A stretch of DNA of 64,000 nucleotides from Dicyema japonicum (Eukaryota > Animalia > Dicyemida): assembly GCA_011109175.1 (NCBI GenBank), contig RDEW01000038.1, forward strand, positions 131,616-195,615, read 5' to 3'. Positions 1 to 11,529 of this stretch are shown one piece after another. The notes under the pieces were generated by a model. It searched no databases. It had not been told where the DNA came from and saw nothing but the letters and a program-made list of their open reading frames with translations. Within the stretch, counting starts at the first letter, position 1. Every line of letters starts with the position of its first letter. The translations under genes and the position numbers were made by a program.

Positions 1-790
1 TCCTTTGAGGCAACATGAGTGGATGATATCTACTCCGAGAATATCTTCGACCAGCATCGTCTTGCATGTCTCGTGTCCGCCGCCAACCATGGGAGCGGAA
101 CGTGGCTGGATGCACTCCCGTATTCCTCCCTGGGGACCCTTTTGGACGATGACTGTATTCGGATTGGGATTGCACAACGCCTGGGAGTTGATGTTTGCGT
201 CGAACACCAATGTCGTTGTGGAGAGATCGTCGATACCAAAGGGCTACACCGCTCTCGTGCAAAAGGAGTGCGGGCAGAGCATCCCGCCATGCTACTATGA
301 ACAACATTGTCATGCGAGCTCTTGAAGCGGCAGGCTTCCCGGCAGTACTGGAGCCTGTGGGATTTGACCGCGGAGATGTGGAAAAGACCGGATGGGTTAA
401 CTATCTTTCCGTTCACTGAGGGAAAATCGCTCGTATGGGACTGCACTGTTGTGGATTCTTTCTCGAACTCGATGATACTCAGCTCGGCGCAGTCCGCTGA
501 ATAGGCAGCCGATCTGGACGAGAAAATCAAGATTAAAAAATATGGCGAAATTGGAGACCGTTACCGTATTGTACCGGTGGCAATCGAGACGTCTGGTGCG
601 GCCGGAAGTATTACAGTCTCTTTCCTAAAGGAAATCGGGGGAAATTGGCCCACCACAAGAAAGACGTGCGGGAAGCGGTCTGGCTGAGGCAACGAATTGG
701 TATCGCAGTTGTCCGCGGAAACGCTTACTCCGTGATGTCAGCAGCCGCTTTCCCCCATAGTTAATAAATAATATTTTGTTGTTAATAAAT
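1..790 (+). mobile_element. CRE-clade non-LTR retrotransposon, 3' part (zinc finger + restriction-like endonuclease), frameshifted
   Basis: SGTWLDALP, CRCG..VD..GLH, RHATMNNIV, KRPDGLTIFPF..GKSLVWDCTVVD, VPVAIETSG, RIGIAVVRGNA; AT-rich tail near 760-790. Confidence 0.88.
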
Positions 791-864
791 TTTTCACATG
801 TTAAAAAAAATTTAGTAATTAAATTAACTATTGGTGTTCTTGGGTTAATAATAATTGAAAAAAT

Positions 865-1150
865 GGCGCCGTGTCATAAATGCCGGACAAAAAGGCCTGA
901 TGGCCCCTAGTTCGAATCTCGCTGCTGTATATTCCGGCTAAAGGTTCCACGCATCTACGATGCTTTGGATTGACGAGTGACGCCGTCATCAGTGTATACT
1001 TCACTGTCCATAAAAGACTCACACAACAAAAAGAAAAAAAGTAGTAAAGAGCATTCTTTAGTTCTCCCTTTCTACGATTAGTTAGCATAAATATTCTTTA
1101 CATAAATAAAGTGCGTCCTGCCTATGCGGAGCTCTCATGAAAAGGCTGTT
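865..1150 (+). repeat. Non-coding SINE-like repeat (second copy at about 50100-50350)
   Basis: About 950-1146 aligns with about 50110-50342; ends in the stem-loop shared with the RTE 3' end; B-box-like GTTCGAATC at 910-918. Confidence 0.45.
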
Positions 1151-1439
1151 ATTATAAATTGAAAAAAATATGAAAATAAAATCCTTGTCTATAAATATTC
1201 TTTTAAAAGAACATCATGAATATAGGAAAAGATTACTTGTCACATTCGTTAACTCATACTTTAAAAACCATTTTCACTTCTCACAGGTAGTCTGGCTCAC
1301 ATTCATGTAATTGAAAACACCTTCAAGGTTTTCGGATAGAAGATTTCCATTCGATCGATACCGTCGTCCTTCGCATAGTCCAAACTAGAAAAAACAAAAA
1401 AAAACGTGACACAGTCAGTAGACGTCAGTGACAAAATTT

Positions 1440-2820
1440 AAACCTAAATAAAGAAATCATGTGTAACATTACAAAGCATATAAAAACGCTTGAAAGCTGT
1501 TCTGGAAAAACATCTCTTTCACCGCGATATGGTTTCAAGAAGTACTCTAAACACTTAAATTCAAACCGCAAGACAGATCCCAATGACCTTATGAAAGACT
1601 ATGTGAAAGCAGCTATAGACCACATTCCAAAAACTTGGATCTTTGTCCATGTTGTAAAAAAGGGATTTAAAAAATTTGCATAATTCTCTATGACCTATCC
1701 ACAGTGCATTCAGCCATCAGGAAATGAATAAATCGTCGTTCTAGGGATCAGACAACATCTTTTTTCTTAAACTAAAAGCCTGGGTTTATCCACGATAGAA
1801 GCAATAACTAAGATATTTAATTTTTCGTTGAACAAAAACAAGATTTCGTTGCTATGGAAGAAATCATTAAATTACCCTATTTTGAAAAAACAAACCACCC
1901 AGTTTTTCTCCTTCTATCGGCCGGTCTCCATCATCTGTGCGCTGTCACGTGTTTTAGAAAAACTGGTCCTTCAAAAGATCTGTCTGTCCAATGCACTTCC
2001 CTTCTTTTAACGTGGTTTCGGGACAAGACACTCAACCACAACTTACTTGGGAAAATTGGTTCAATACTCTCAACTCACACGAAAGAACTTTTTGGTCTCA
2101 GCTAATATAGAGAAGGCATTTGATTAAGTACCCCGGAAGATCTTAACGCAAAAAAATTTATAACTTCTATCCTACCTTAAACCCAAGTCATTTCTTGCAA
2201 ACTTTAAGGTGTTCCTAGGGTTCATCCAACTCCAGTTACCACAACTTCATCCTTATGTCCTACTATGACGAGATAGCTATTGCAGCAAAACATTGAAGAA
2301 CTGGGGAGGCGACACAATTTGGACTGGAGAAATTAAACCTGGTTTTCGAAGAACTGCCAAAAAGTCTCACCAAGTAAATAACACGTGACAACCTTCACCT
2401 CCTCACGAAAAGAGAATCAGATAACGCCGCAGATAATTTTTATGATTTTCCGATCCCTACCAAGAAGACCCCCTCCATCTTGGCAGTCACCCTACCCTGA
2501 TCTAATAGCCTCGAAGATCCAAAAGAAAGTTGGAATTATTAAGAATTTTTCACATTTTCCGGTATCTTCCATACCTTTGTCAGAGCTTTTATACGAAAAA
2601 TTTATTTTACCGATCATCCTTCCCTCTCTATTCGCGCAGAGCAAACTGGAGGTAATACAAAACCGATGCTTAGAATTTTATCGAGATTCTAGAAATAGAT
2701 TCAAATGTCACTGAAAACGCTAAACGTCGTCCCAGATATTGATTACGTAACGGAACGCCAGTGAGGTATCCTAAAAATGGCCAAGTTTCCTGGACATCCC
2801 TGCATAATCAGTCCATCTTT
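1440..2820 (+). mobile_element. Decayed LINE reverse transcriptase remnant
   Basis: YRPVSIICALSRVLEKL and IEKAFD motifs; many stops and frameshifts. Confidence 0.65.
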
Positions 2821-2924
2821 GACAAAAATTACATAAGCAAGTAATGAGGATTCATTTTCAGAAAGTATTGATTTATCTAGTAATTTAGTATTTTTTTCAA
2901 TATTGAATATAGATTATTTCGATG

Positions 2925-3190
2925 AGGGAAAGGAGAAGAAATACGAAACGCTACGCGACCGATTCGCGTTTTATCCGATAGTGGTCGAGACAACTGGAGG
3001 AATAAGCGGAAAATCGCTTCGCTTCCTAAAGAAACTTGGACGCTTAGCTACACTAAAAAGCCACGACGCACGTGAGACCCGGTGGCTACTCCAGTTGATC
3101 TCTGTTGCAATCGTGAGAGGCAATAATGTCGGCGGGGTCCACTTTGGATGGATGGCAGTTTTAAATATGATTTATAATTCTATTTCTTAA
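2925..3190 (+). mobile_element. CRE-clade 3' fragment
   Basis: KEKKYETL..RFAFYPIVVETTG...ISVAIVRGN. Confidence 0.8.
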
Positions 3191-3299
3191 AAAATATTTT
3201 CATTCGATTATAATCCATATCCAATGGCATATCATCGTTTCTTTACCGATTTGTTGCTGATTGGAATAAACTTTAATATTCTGAGGAGGTTGGTGTATT

Positions 3300-3620
3300 G
3301 CTGTTGTAAACACTTCTCGAATTGATGGTATTACAAGTTCTTCCTCAAACGCATGCGGCTTTCCTGATATGACGTCTTAAAACGTGCACTGGAATCTATC
3401 AGATACCCCTCCACGTAAGGCCTGTTGGCCTAAACCTGGGAGACAAAAAAGGCCCGATTGATTTACAATCTTGGCCCACAAACAGACGATCTAGTCTGCA
3501 AAATCGGCTCAATGACCCAAAAAGCCACCAAGGATCCACGTGATAATGGATGGCTTCGGGAGCATATCTCTATCGTCAGAGGAAACAGTATGGCCATTCA
3601 AGCTCCATAAATTAAGTGCT
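3300..3620 (+). mobile_element. CRE-clade 3' fragment, heavily decayed
   Basis: DVLKRALES, KRPD and ISIVRGN remnants. Confidence 0.55.
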
Positions 3621-3769
3621 TTTTAACTGCTTAATTTTTATAAAAAATTTCATAAATAAAATCAATCACGTTTAAAAAATTGTCATTAGAGTTAACCACA
3701 AATCGATTCAAACTTTAATATCCAAAAATTACTTAAATTTAAAATATCATCGACTGAAAATACAACCAT

Positions 3770-5080
3770 CAATAATTTTTTAAATACCCAAGACCACGGT
3801 GACACCAAACTAACTAATCACGTAATACCAGCACGTTCTAGCAGAGCTCAACTTGGACCGATACTCGTCCCTCGATCGCTGGATCTTCGTACTCACAAGG
3901 GCACGTCTCGGTTCTTACGTATTAGGGATTTATAGTCATTGAACACATTAAGGACCTCAGCCGGAGGGCTTTGAACAACAAATTTAAGGTATTTCTTATC
4001 TTCAGTAAATCGGACAGACTTTTTGAGTTGATTTCTTTCTTTGACTAAGGCCGATCTGCCATATCCCCTGGTGTAGCTACAGTCCATTTAGGCACAGATA
4101 GTGATTTCGCATCCACGATAGTGCGGTTCACATAAGCGATACTCTGTCCATAAAGTACTGACATCCAAGTAGAGGTACTGTAGTAGGCTGTCAGTAAATC
4201 CACGTTGAAGTCTCATTTGTAGTTTAATTGCTCTGGAAACACCCTCCCAGTTAAGGTTTATCTCTTGATCTTCAGAAGAATGAAATTGTGGTCACTCCTT
4301 GAGTTGTAAGCGACTGACCAGGTCGACCGGGAGAGTAAAGCGTGATGTCTGGAGAAGTTAGTTGGTCTGAATCCCTGAAGGGGTTCTCGTATGCTTTGAC
4401 GAGTCATTCATGAACGTAAAATGACCTGTCTCGGATAGTAGTACTTTGCTTCTTGTATCGGATGTTTGGCTTGCTAGCCAAAGAGAGTGTTTGGGGTTGG
4501 TATCCCCACTAATGATCACATCGTTCAAGAGCCAAAGTGGATAAATCAGGCATAGCATAGTGATTCTGGAAGAACCAGATGGAGGCACGTAGATGTTCAC
4601 AAAGGTCATTTTTCCATTTGTTGTTCCAAGTGAGATTGCGTTATTTTCAGCAACATCGTCACTCCCAAGATATTCTTCAGCAGTGAAGTGATGTCCACAC
4701 ATTTAAGGTCTTTCCGGTATAAAGTGAGGAGACCACACCTACTTCGTCCGGTTAGTCAGTATTGAGTTGTATCCAGGAAACAGCGGAGTAGGTCTGTTTA
4801 AAGGGAGTTTCGTCTCTTGAATCAAAGTAATGTTAATCTTCAACTCAGCCAGGAGAGAACGCAGTTCCAAAATTTTGCCTCTTATCCCATTGACGTTCAA
4901 CTGTAAAACAGTGGTCCATCCTTTGCAATAGGCTATGGGTACTTTCCAGCTAGTTGAAGCTGAAAGCGCGTGCCGCCGGGGAGAAAATATTCTCGGAGGT
5001 AAATGTTTAATGGTTCTCTTTAGAGGAACACTAGGTGCTCTCCGGGTGATACTAATACTTACAGAATTGGTGAACACCAT
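3770..5080 (-). mobile_element. LINE remnant: APE endonuclease fused to a 3' end (internally deleted)
   Basis: VLQLNVNGIRGK..EL..LL...I..TLIQETKL, VNIYVPP, ISGDTNPKH.LW; 3' end at 3770-3900 resembles 19360-19445. Confidence 0.75.
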
Positions 5081-5273
5081 GATATCGCACTAAAAATTAA
5101 TCTTAATCAATAATAAATTAATCTAAAAATTAATCGATAATTAATCATTAAAGTCAAAAATAAAATAAGTCAGAGACAGAAACAGTAGTGATTTAAATTA
5201 TTTTTTTTTAATTTATAAATAAATACATCAATTTTTTAATTCAAATAAAATAAATAAAATCACATTAAATATA

Positions 5274-6525
5274 ATGGGTTTATATCGGTTGTCGTCAATT
5301 TGACGTTTTTAGTGAAAATGGCATTCCTAATTTGGACATTACTATTAATAACACTAACATAACTTCTTCCATAGAGGCCATAATTGAGCGTTTACGACCT
5401 TCATCTGCCGGGGATTTCACACACAATGTAGTATTTTAATATTACTTATGTTATTTGCATTGTGATTGATCATGCAATATTTTATTATATTTTTAGTGCT
5501 TAGAAGGAGGAATAACAAACAAGATCATTTGTGTGACTTCTATGGTGGACTCTGACGATATTTTTCTCATCAAAATATTTGGACTGGGGACGGATCTGTT
5601 GTTCAACAGAAAGTCGGAGATTGAGCAAATAATTAAGCTTTCTTCATTATCGGTCGGTCCTCTGGTTTACGGAACATTCAACAACGGATTTGTATATAAA
5701 TTCATGAAGGGAACCACAGTTAACAGGCCAATGATGGACGAAATATATAAGTTGATCTACTTTTTATTTGTGAGCTCTTTAAAGGTCCATATGTGGTCAC
5801 TTGGCTCAGTTTCCATAGTATTAGCTTCAGCAAAGAGTCATCTTCAATATTTGACAAAGCGGTCTCCATGATCGGCCTTTTCCCTGATGAATTTGAACTT
5901 GAGTATCCAGTGTCATAATTTCATAGAATTTCCATGAATCGTTTAAACAAGCGGGATTTTCTGTTGGAAATTCAAAGTTTGAAGGAAATATATGAGAGGT
6001 TTACATTTCGCATGGGTCTCTGTCACAATGATCTACTATTTGGGAATATTATCTTCAATAGAGACACGTGTTTGTAATTTATCCTTACCTGGTTTAGATT
6101 CAGTTAGATTTATCGATTTCGAATATTCGTTTTACAATTTTGTCGCTTATGACATTGCCAATCATTTCAACGAATTTGCAGGTGGTCAAGTCCTCATTAA
6201 TTTAGGAATCGAACCGATTAACTACGACGACTTTCCTTCTCCTTCCTATCAGAGACGATGGCTTACCGAGTATCTAAGAGCATATAACAACGAATCTGAA
6301 GATTGGGAACCGCCTACAGAAGAATTGGAGACGCTTTATCAACATGTGGAAATGTTCGTTCCCCTTTCTCATCTGTTTTGGGGTATCTGGGGAGTCGTCC
6401 AAACTAGGATTTCTGATATTGAATTTGATTTTTTGAGGTTTGTCGAGTTTGCTGACTTTAGTTTCTCCAAGATTAGACTTGACCAATATTTCCTAACAAA
6501 ATATAAGTGCATTCAATTTTCGTGA
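5274..6525 (+). CDS. ETNK: Ethanolamine/choline kinase, 8 exons
   Basis: GGITNK, LIKIFGLGTD, YGTFNNG, Brenner motif LCHNDLLFGNII, FIDFEYSFYN..AYDIANHFNEFAG, SHLFWGIWG. GT-AG introns at 5288-5312, 5428-5496, 5751-5784, 5903-5926, 6070-6097, 6182-6205, 6438-6461. One apparent +1 frameshift near 5810. Confidence 0.92.
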
Positions 6526-6769
6526 CTTAATTTTTTTCTAACCTGGTTTTTAATTTTGATTTAACCTGAATTTGTGGTGCACTTTTTTAAATGTGTGACG
6601 CAAGTTTGCTCTTATTTTTGGAGATTGTTTTAGTTAATTTTATTTATTAATCCCGCTGGCATAATAGATGAAAATGTTGCCTCTCAAGACATCAAAGGAG
6701 ATCAGCTGGAAAAACCACTGGATTTCATGGACGTCTTGGCTTCTGAGTGCAGCCAGACGTCCAAATTTT

Positions 6770-7195
6770 GAGAAAAGACAATGATTTCCTGCTTATATCA
6801 TTATTTGTCTCAACGACATTTGTGATTAAATTAATATTTGAATTAAGTAAGTCCTATGCACGTTTCTACAATAATGAGCTGTGGATATTAAAATTGTTTT
6901 ATGTAATAAACATGCATGATCCATACGAATGACCATTTCTGTCTATAACGAGCTGAATTGACGCTAGATCCGTGTAAAATAGTTTAGCTACCAAATATGT
7001 TCAATTTACAGTTTTTAGTCTTCGTGTTATATTCCCATCCAGCTATTTGGAACTCATAGAACGACATTACTCGGTCTCCTATTGTACGTGTCAGGACTGG
7101 AAAATGTTCTGAGCGAAAAAATCGAATCATTTGACATTTTAATAAAAAATGAAAAATTTGTTACTATTATATGTACTATTATTATTATATTATCT
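6770..7195 (+). pseudogene. Divergent C-terminal fragment of the unknown intronless surface-protein family
   Basis: KSYARF...VINMHDP, YCTCQD and hydrophobic tail FVTIICTIIIILS parallel the family motifs CKHYSKDF, LMIDDP, LPCPCSQ and the hydrophobic tail. Confidence 0.4.
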
Positions 7196-7259
7196 CCGCC
7201 CTACAGAGTTCTTTTCGAATTTTTAAAATCACTTGAGGATCTCCTGAAAATTAAGATAT

Positions 7260-8830
7260 TTTGAACATTCGTTAGTGAAGGTTGGACTTGGCCCAGCATA
7301 TTTCAAAACCACGTATGAAACAAATTTAAATAACAGAATTTTCGGAAAAATGGGTCAACAAGTTAGCACAAAAAATCTAAAAAAGCGGGAGTGAAAGGTA
7401 GTAGTATAACACGTGGGTTGTTTAAAAGAGCGCATTGGGACGCTTTTGAGGACGTTTCCAAAATAGTTTGAGACACAGTGGACCACGTCATGATAGGTTT
7501 ATTCATTTCTAGACCATCTATTGCTGATAGCTTTAGAAATATAGGGGCCTGGAAAAGCTCACTCGGTCCTCCAGGCTTTCCGGGTAAATATGGGAATAGA
7601 TGGCAGGGCTGCTTTCCACACAGCAGCGGAGATCCCACAGCTAACGGTACAACAGGATGTACCTGCCCTCCTGAAAATAAATCTGGAGTCCTGGGCTCAA
7701 CCCCACCGAATGGAAACTGAGGACGTTATCCCAACAACTGTAGGCTGGACTGCAGTAGGAAGGAAAAGGAATCTGCGGTTTTGTGGAAACCGCAGAACGT
7801 GCCAGATGACTAAACCGTTCATGTCGGAGTGATCCCGAATATCAGTTTTGAATTCTGAAGAGAGGGACAGTAGATATAAAAGGCTTGCATTCAATTTCTT
7901 GTAAATGAAGTGCTGAAAGATTCTCAAGACACGCTACCTTTAATGAACTTATCAAGAAAGCAATTGAAGACGTTGACTTTATTTTCCGACTCTAGCCTGT
8001 AGACATATAAAGAGATGGTTGAGGTCAAGAGGTATTTTGCGCAAGACTCAGTATGCAATGACATTTTCTCGAACAATAATTTTCCGAGATCCTAGGTAAG
8101 CGCAATATCAAATGCCAGTGTAGCTAAAGAAGCAAAAAAGAAATACCAGATGCTAACAGACTTCTCTCAGTTGATCTCTGTTAAAATGTCTTGAATGCTC
8201 GGTCCCAGCACAATAGAATGAATGAAATGATCTGGAGGTTCGCAGGATAATGAGCCTACCTAAAACGATACATTAGCTCCCTAGAACATAGGGCTCAAAG
8301 TCATGAGTGGTAACTCTCAGTGTTTGCAAGTTTTAAATTTATTGAACCAGAGAACCATCGTCATAGTCAGAATGTAAAAATTCAGGTGATCCCGGCCTCC
8401 TTCAGCAGTCTCGCATTCTCTGACTTGAAGGAAGTGCCGTCCAGGGGAATTTAGGATCATATCTGGGACCACCAGAAATATTGAACCACATGGTTAACTC
8501 TCATTCACGAGAGCTGCTAAGACAATAATAGTTTTGCCCAGATCTTAATGAAATTATTTCAAAAACCAAGGGAAAGGTAAAGGGTAAAACCAAACTAACT
8601 AATCCCATGATCCTGACGCTTTCCAGTAGAGCCCTCATCCAAGCACAGTTATACAGAGGACATTGTCAGGGAAACTAAAGTCGAAGCCAGAACTCGTCGT
8701 CAGGAATTGACTCCCGGTGGAAAGAAGAGATGGATCTTTTTGAATGCCGGTCAGGCATTGGGCGTCTCCTAAGTAAAGTGGATCCGATGACGCATCAAGA
8801 AGGATGGAAGACAAATCTTCAATCAACTTT
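7260..8830 (+). mobile_element. Decayed LINE remnants
   Basis: RT-like fragments; 8630-8810 aligns in inverted orientation with about 60970-61155. Confidence 0.5.
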
Positions 8831-8909
8831 TTCTACCCTTGGCTTTCATCTTCATTCATTCTTTCTGATTCGGAAGTTATTAAATTATTAAAAAGCACTC
8901 CCGGGAAAA

Positions 8910-9215
8910 CATAAAATTAGTTAAGTTTCCCTTGTGCCGTATTCCTAATCATCCTCTCCGTCAGCCTTGACCAAGATCCTCCGTTGCGCGCTAGTTCTCT
9001 TAGGTAGTCTAGGTCGTCCGCCATTTCCATTATAATATTAGATGCTGTCCAAACTCTTGTAACACTGTGAATCAGGTCCTGATGGACTGAAAATCCGAGA
9101 CCATAATGTCGGTAGGCCGATGAGAGGGTAAAAAGGTGGAATTTTCCAAACAGTTCTGTACATTGTACGGTCGTTTTTGTCTCTTGTAGACAGCAGACAG
9201 AGACGTCGTATTTTG
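8910..9215 (-). mobile_element. RTE-like LINE deletion derivative (APE N-terminus joined to 3' end)
   Basis: CLQETK...YGLGF followed closely by DDLDYLRELAR..W.RL. Confidence 0.55.
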
Positions 9216-9479
9216 TTAGACCGGAGTTAAATCCCTTCTGGTTCTTGAATTCCTCAAATAATTATTAGGATTCACCGTTTTATAATAAAATCCTTGCAAA
9301 ATATTGTCCTTGCTTTGTTCAAGATTTTCAAACGCTTTGTCGCTGAGATACAAAGGGTACACATCGTAGGGGAATAAAGGAAACATCATAACATTGAACA
9401 CTGGCCGAGGCGTATCAATTTTGGTAAAAAGTGCGAATAGCACCCAAACGCTTAACGAATTTTATTATTATCAAAAATT

Positions 9480-10200
9480 TATATAAAAAAGTTTATTGAG
9501 GATTCTTGTATCACAAGTCCTGCCGTAGCTATAACTCTTTTCCCGTGACCTCATCCCTTTATATTTCATGGTGCTTGGCGATGTAAGAGCCAAGGATCAC
9601 ACTTTTAAAATTTGTGTGAGTCAAGATTCTTCTAAGATTTCTCCGATCGGCATTAATAACCAATCTTCATCCTCAATAGGATCTTGTCGAGTCTTTTATA
9701 AAGAGGTATCTTGATTCCTGTTCTCTTCGACCTTTCCAGTAGCGGGATAACGCACTCCAAATAATTTAGATGAGTGATAGAATCATCGTCCGCGAGGAAC
9801 GTCTCCGTGCCGAGCTTCAATCTCCGCATACATAGAATTGCTTGGTGTGTTTTTTTATCCAAAGCTTTACGTCTTTTATTGTTTCCCAGTTTTTTTTCAA
9901 AAACAGTTCTAAGGCATTTGAAGGACTCCATAACGTTGACTACACAAAGTGCTTCGTCGACGACTGTTCTTGTTTCGTCCAAAAATTACATTGCACTTGT
10001 TTTCTCTTCCGATAACTTCAAACCTTGGAGGCTGCATTAGCATCTAATATCTTCCATATGTGCATCCAGTCTTTTCTCCGAAGTTATTTTCGATCTCGAT
10101 GTGCCTGTAGCACATCATTTGCATATATCAGAGATCTTGTACTTTCTTGGGTTCCTTGACCAAGATCGTTGGAGAATTACGGTTTCTTAGCTTACACTAT
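9480..10200 (-). mobile_element. LINE ORF2 post-RT / 3' remnant
   Basis: KKTHQAILCMRRLKL.TETF resembles 45100-45190 and 11860-11910. Confidence 0.55.
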
Positions 10201-10377
10201 CAAAATCATTTGAGAGGGCATATGAAATTCAAAAAACATATGGAGTCTCTGGCTTTAACTATTAAGATGAAATGAGCAATCACAACAGATCGACCCAAAA
10301 GAAAGTCAAATTGATCTTCTATAAAATAACAGCATATTTGAAACCATCCGGAAAACATTTTGTTCTATTACTATATA

Positions 10378-11516
10378 CACTCGGCAAAAAAAGCGAACAG
10401 ATTTTTCTTTAATTTTTCCTAAATAAGATATAATTATTTTTTAAATCGCATTTTGAGAGTAAATTATTAACTTTTTGCTTTTGAACATACTAAATTTAGT
10501 TTTTCCTTGACTACTTTTACAAACACATGCAACCAAAAAAATCCGAACAACTTTATTTTAAAAACTTGTATGTCCCCCACGTGCACGAATTATTTCTAAT
10601 ATTCTGTCATTCATAGAGCCAACAACTGCTCTAGCATATTCACGCTCAAATCTTTCCAGTGACTTTTTTTTCCTCAAATAGATCTTGCTTTTTTACAAAG
10701 ACTTTTCCGCAAATTTTTGACTTTAAGTACCCCAAACCTGCTCAATCGGATTAAGATCTGGACTTTGAGGAGGCCAAGGCAATAATTCAATATTTTTTTC
10801 TTCAAAAATTTTTTTGATGCTTTGCAAGTATGTTTGTGATCATTTTCCTGCTTAAATATAGGACGAGAAATCCCAGTTTTTTGAATAAACGAAATCAAAT
10901 TGTTAGTCCAAATATTTACAAACATTGATCCGTCCATTATTCCCTTTATCCAAACAATTTCACTAAAGCATTCAAATGTTAATGCACCCCACACCATAAT
11001 ATTTCTTTTTCCAAACTTTAAGGTGGGGATTACATAACTGGAAAAATACTTTTCCTCGGCCTTTCTCCAAACAAATTTTTGTCCATTATTGTTAAAAAAA
11101 TTAAAATTTGTTTCGTCACTGAAGATTACACGATTCCAGAGATTTCTTGGAAGTATGCTACATTTTTTCGCATGTAGGTAACCTTTTTGCTTATTATGCT
11201 TCGAAAGAGATGGCTTTTTCGTTGGCGTAAATATAAAAATATCATTTTTTCATATCATTACGAACTGTCTGATGACTAACATGAGTTCCAATAACATCTT
11301 TAAGAATGTTGACACATTTCACAGCATTAAAATTAGGATCATTAGACCTTTCATTTTCAATAATGGCCGGATCACTTTCATTCAAAACAGCCGGACGCTA
11401 GATCCTGCGTTTCTGGTAACAGTACCATGCAAACAATAATTTTTGATCACTCTGGAAGTAGAATCCAGGGATCTTCCAGTAGTACTACAAATTTCACGGT
11501 AAATTTTCCTTTTTCA
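10378..11516 (-). mobile_element. Tc1-family DNA transposon, decayed, one terminus present
   Basis: VIFSDETNF, MVWGA, FKQENDHKHT, WPPQSPDLNPIEQVW; terminus TA|CACTCGGCAAAAAAAGCGAACA at about 10376-10399 with an inner direct repeat near 10530-10549. Confidence 0.9.
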
Positions 11517-11529
11517 GTTGGTGTCAAAC

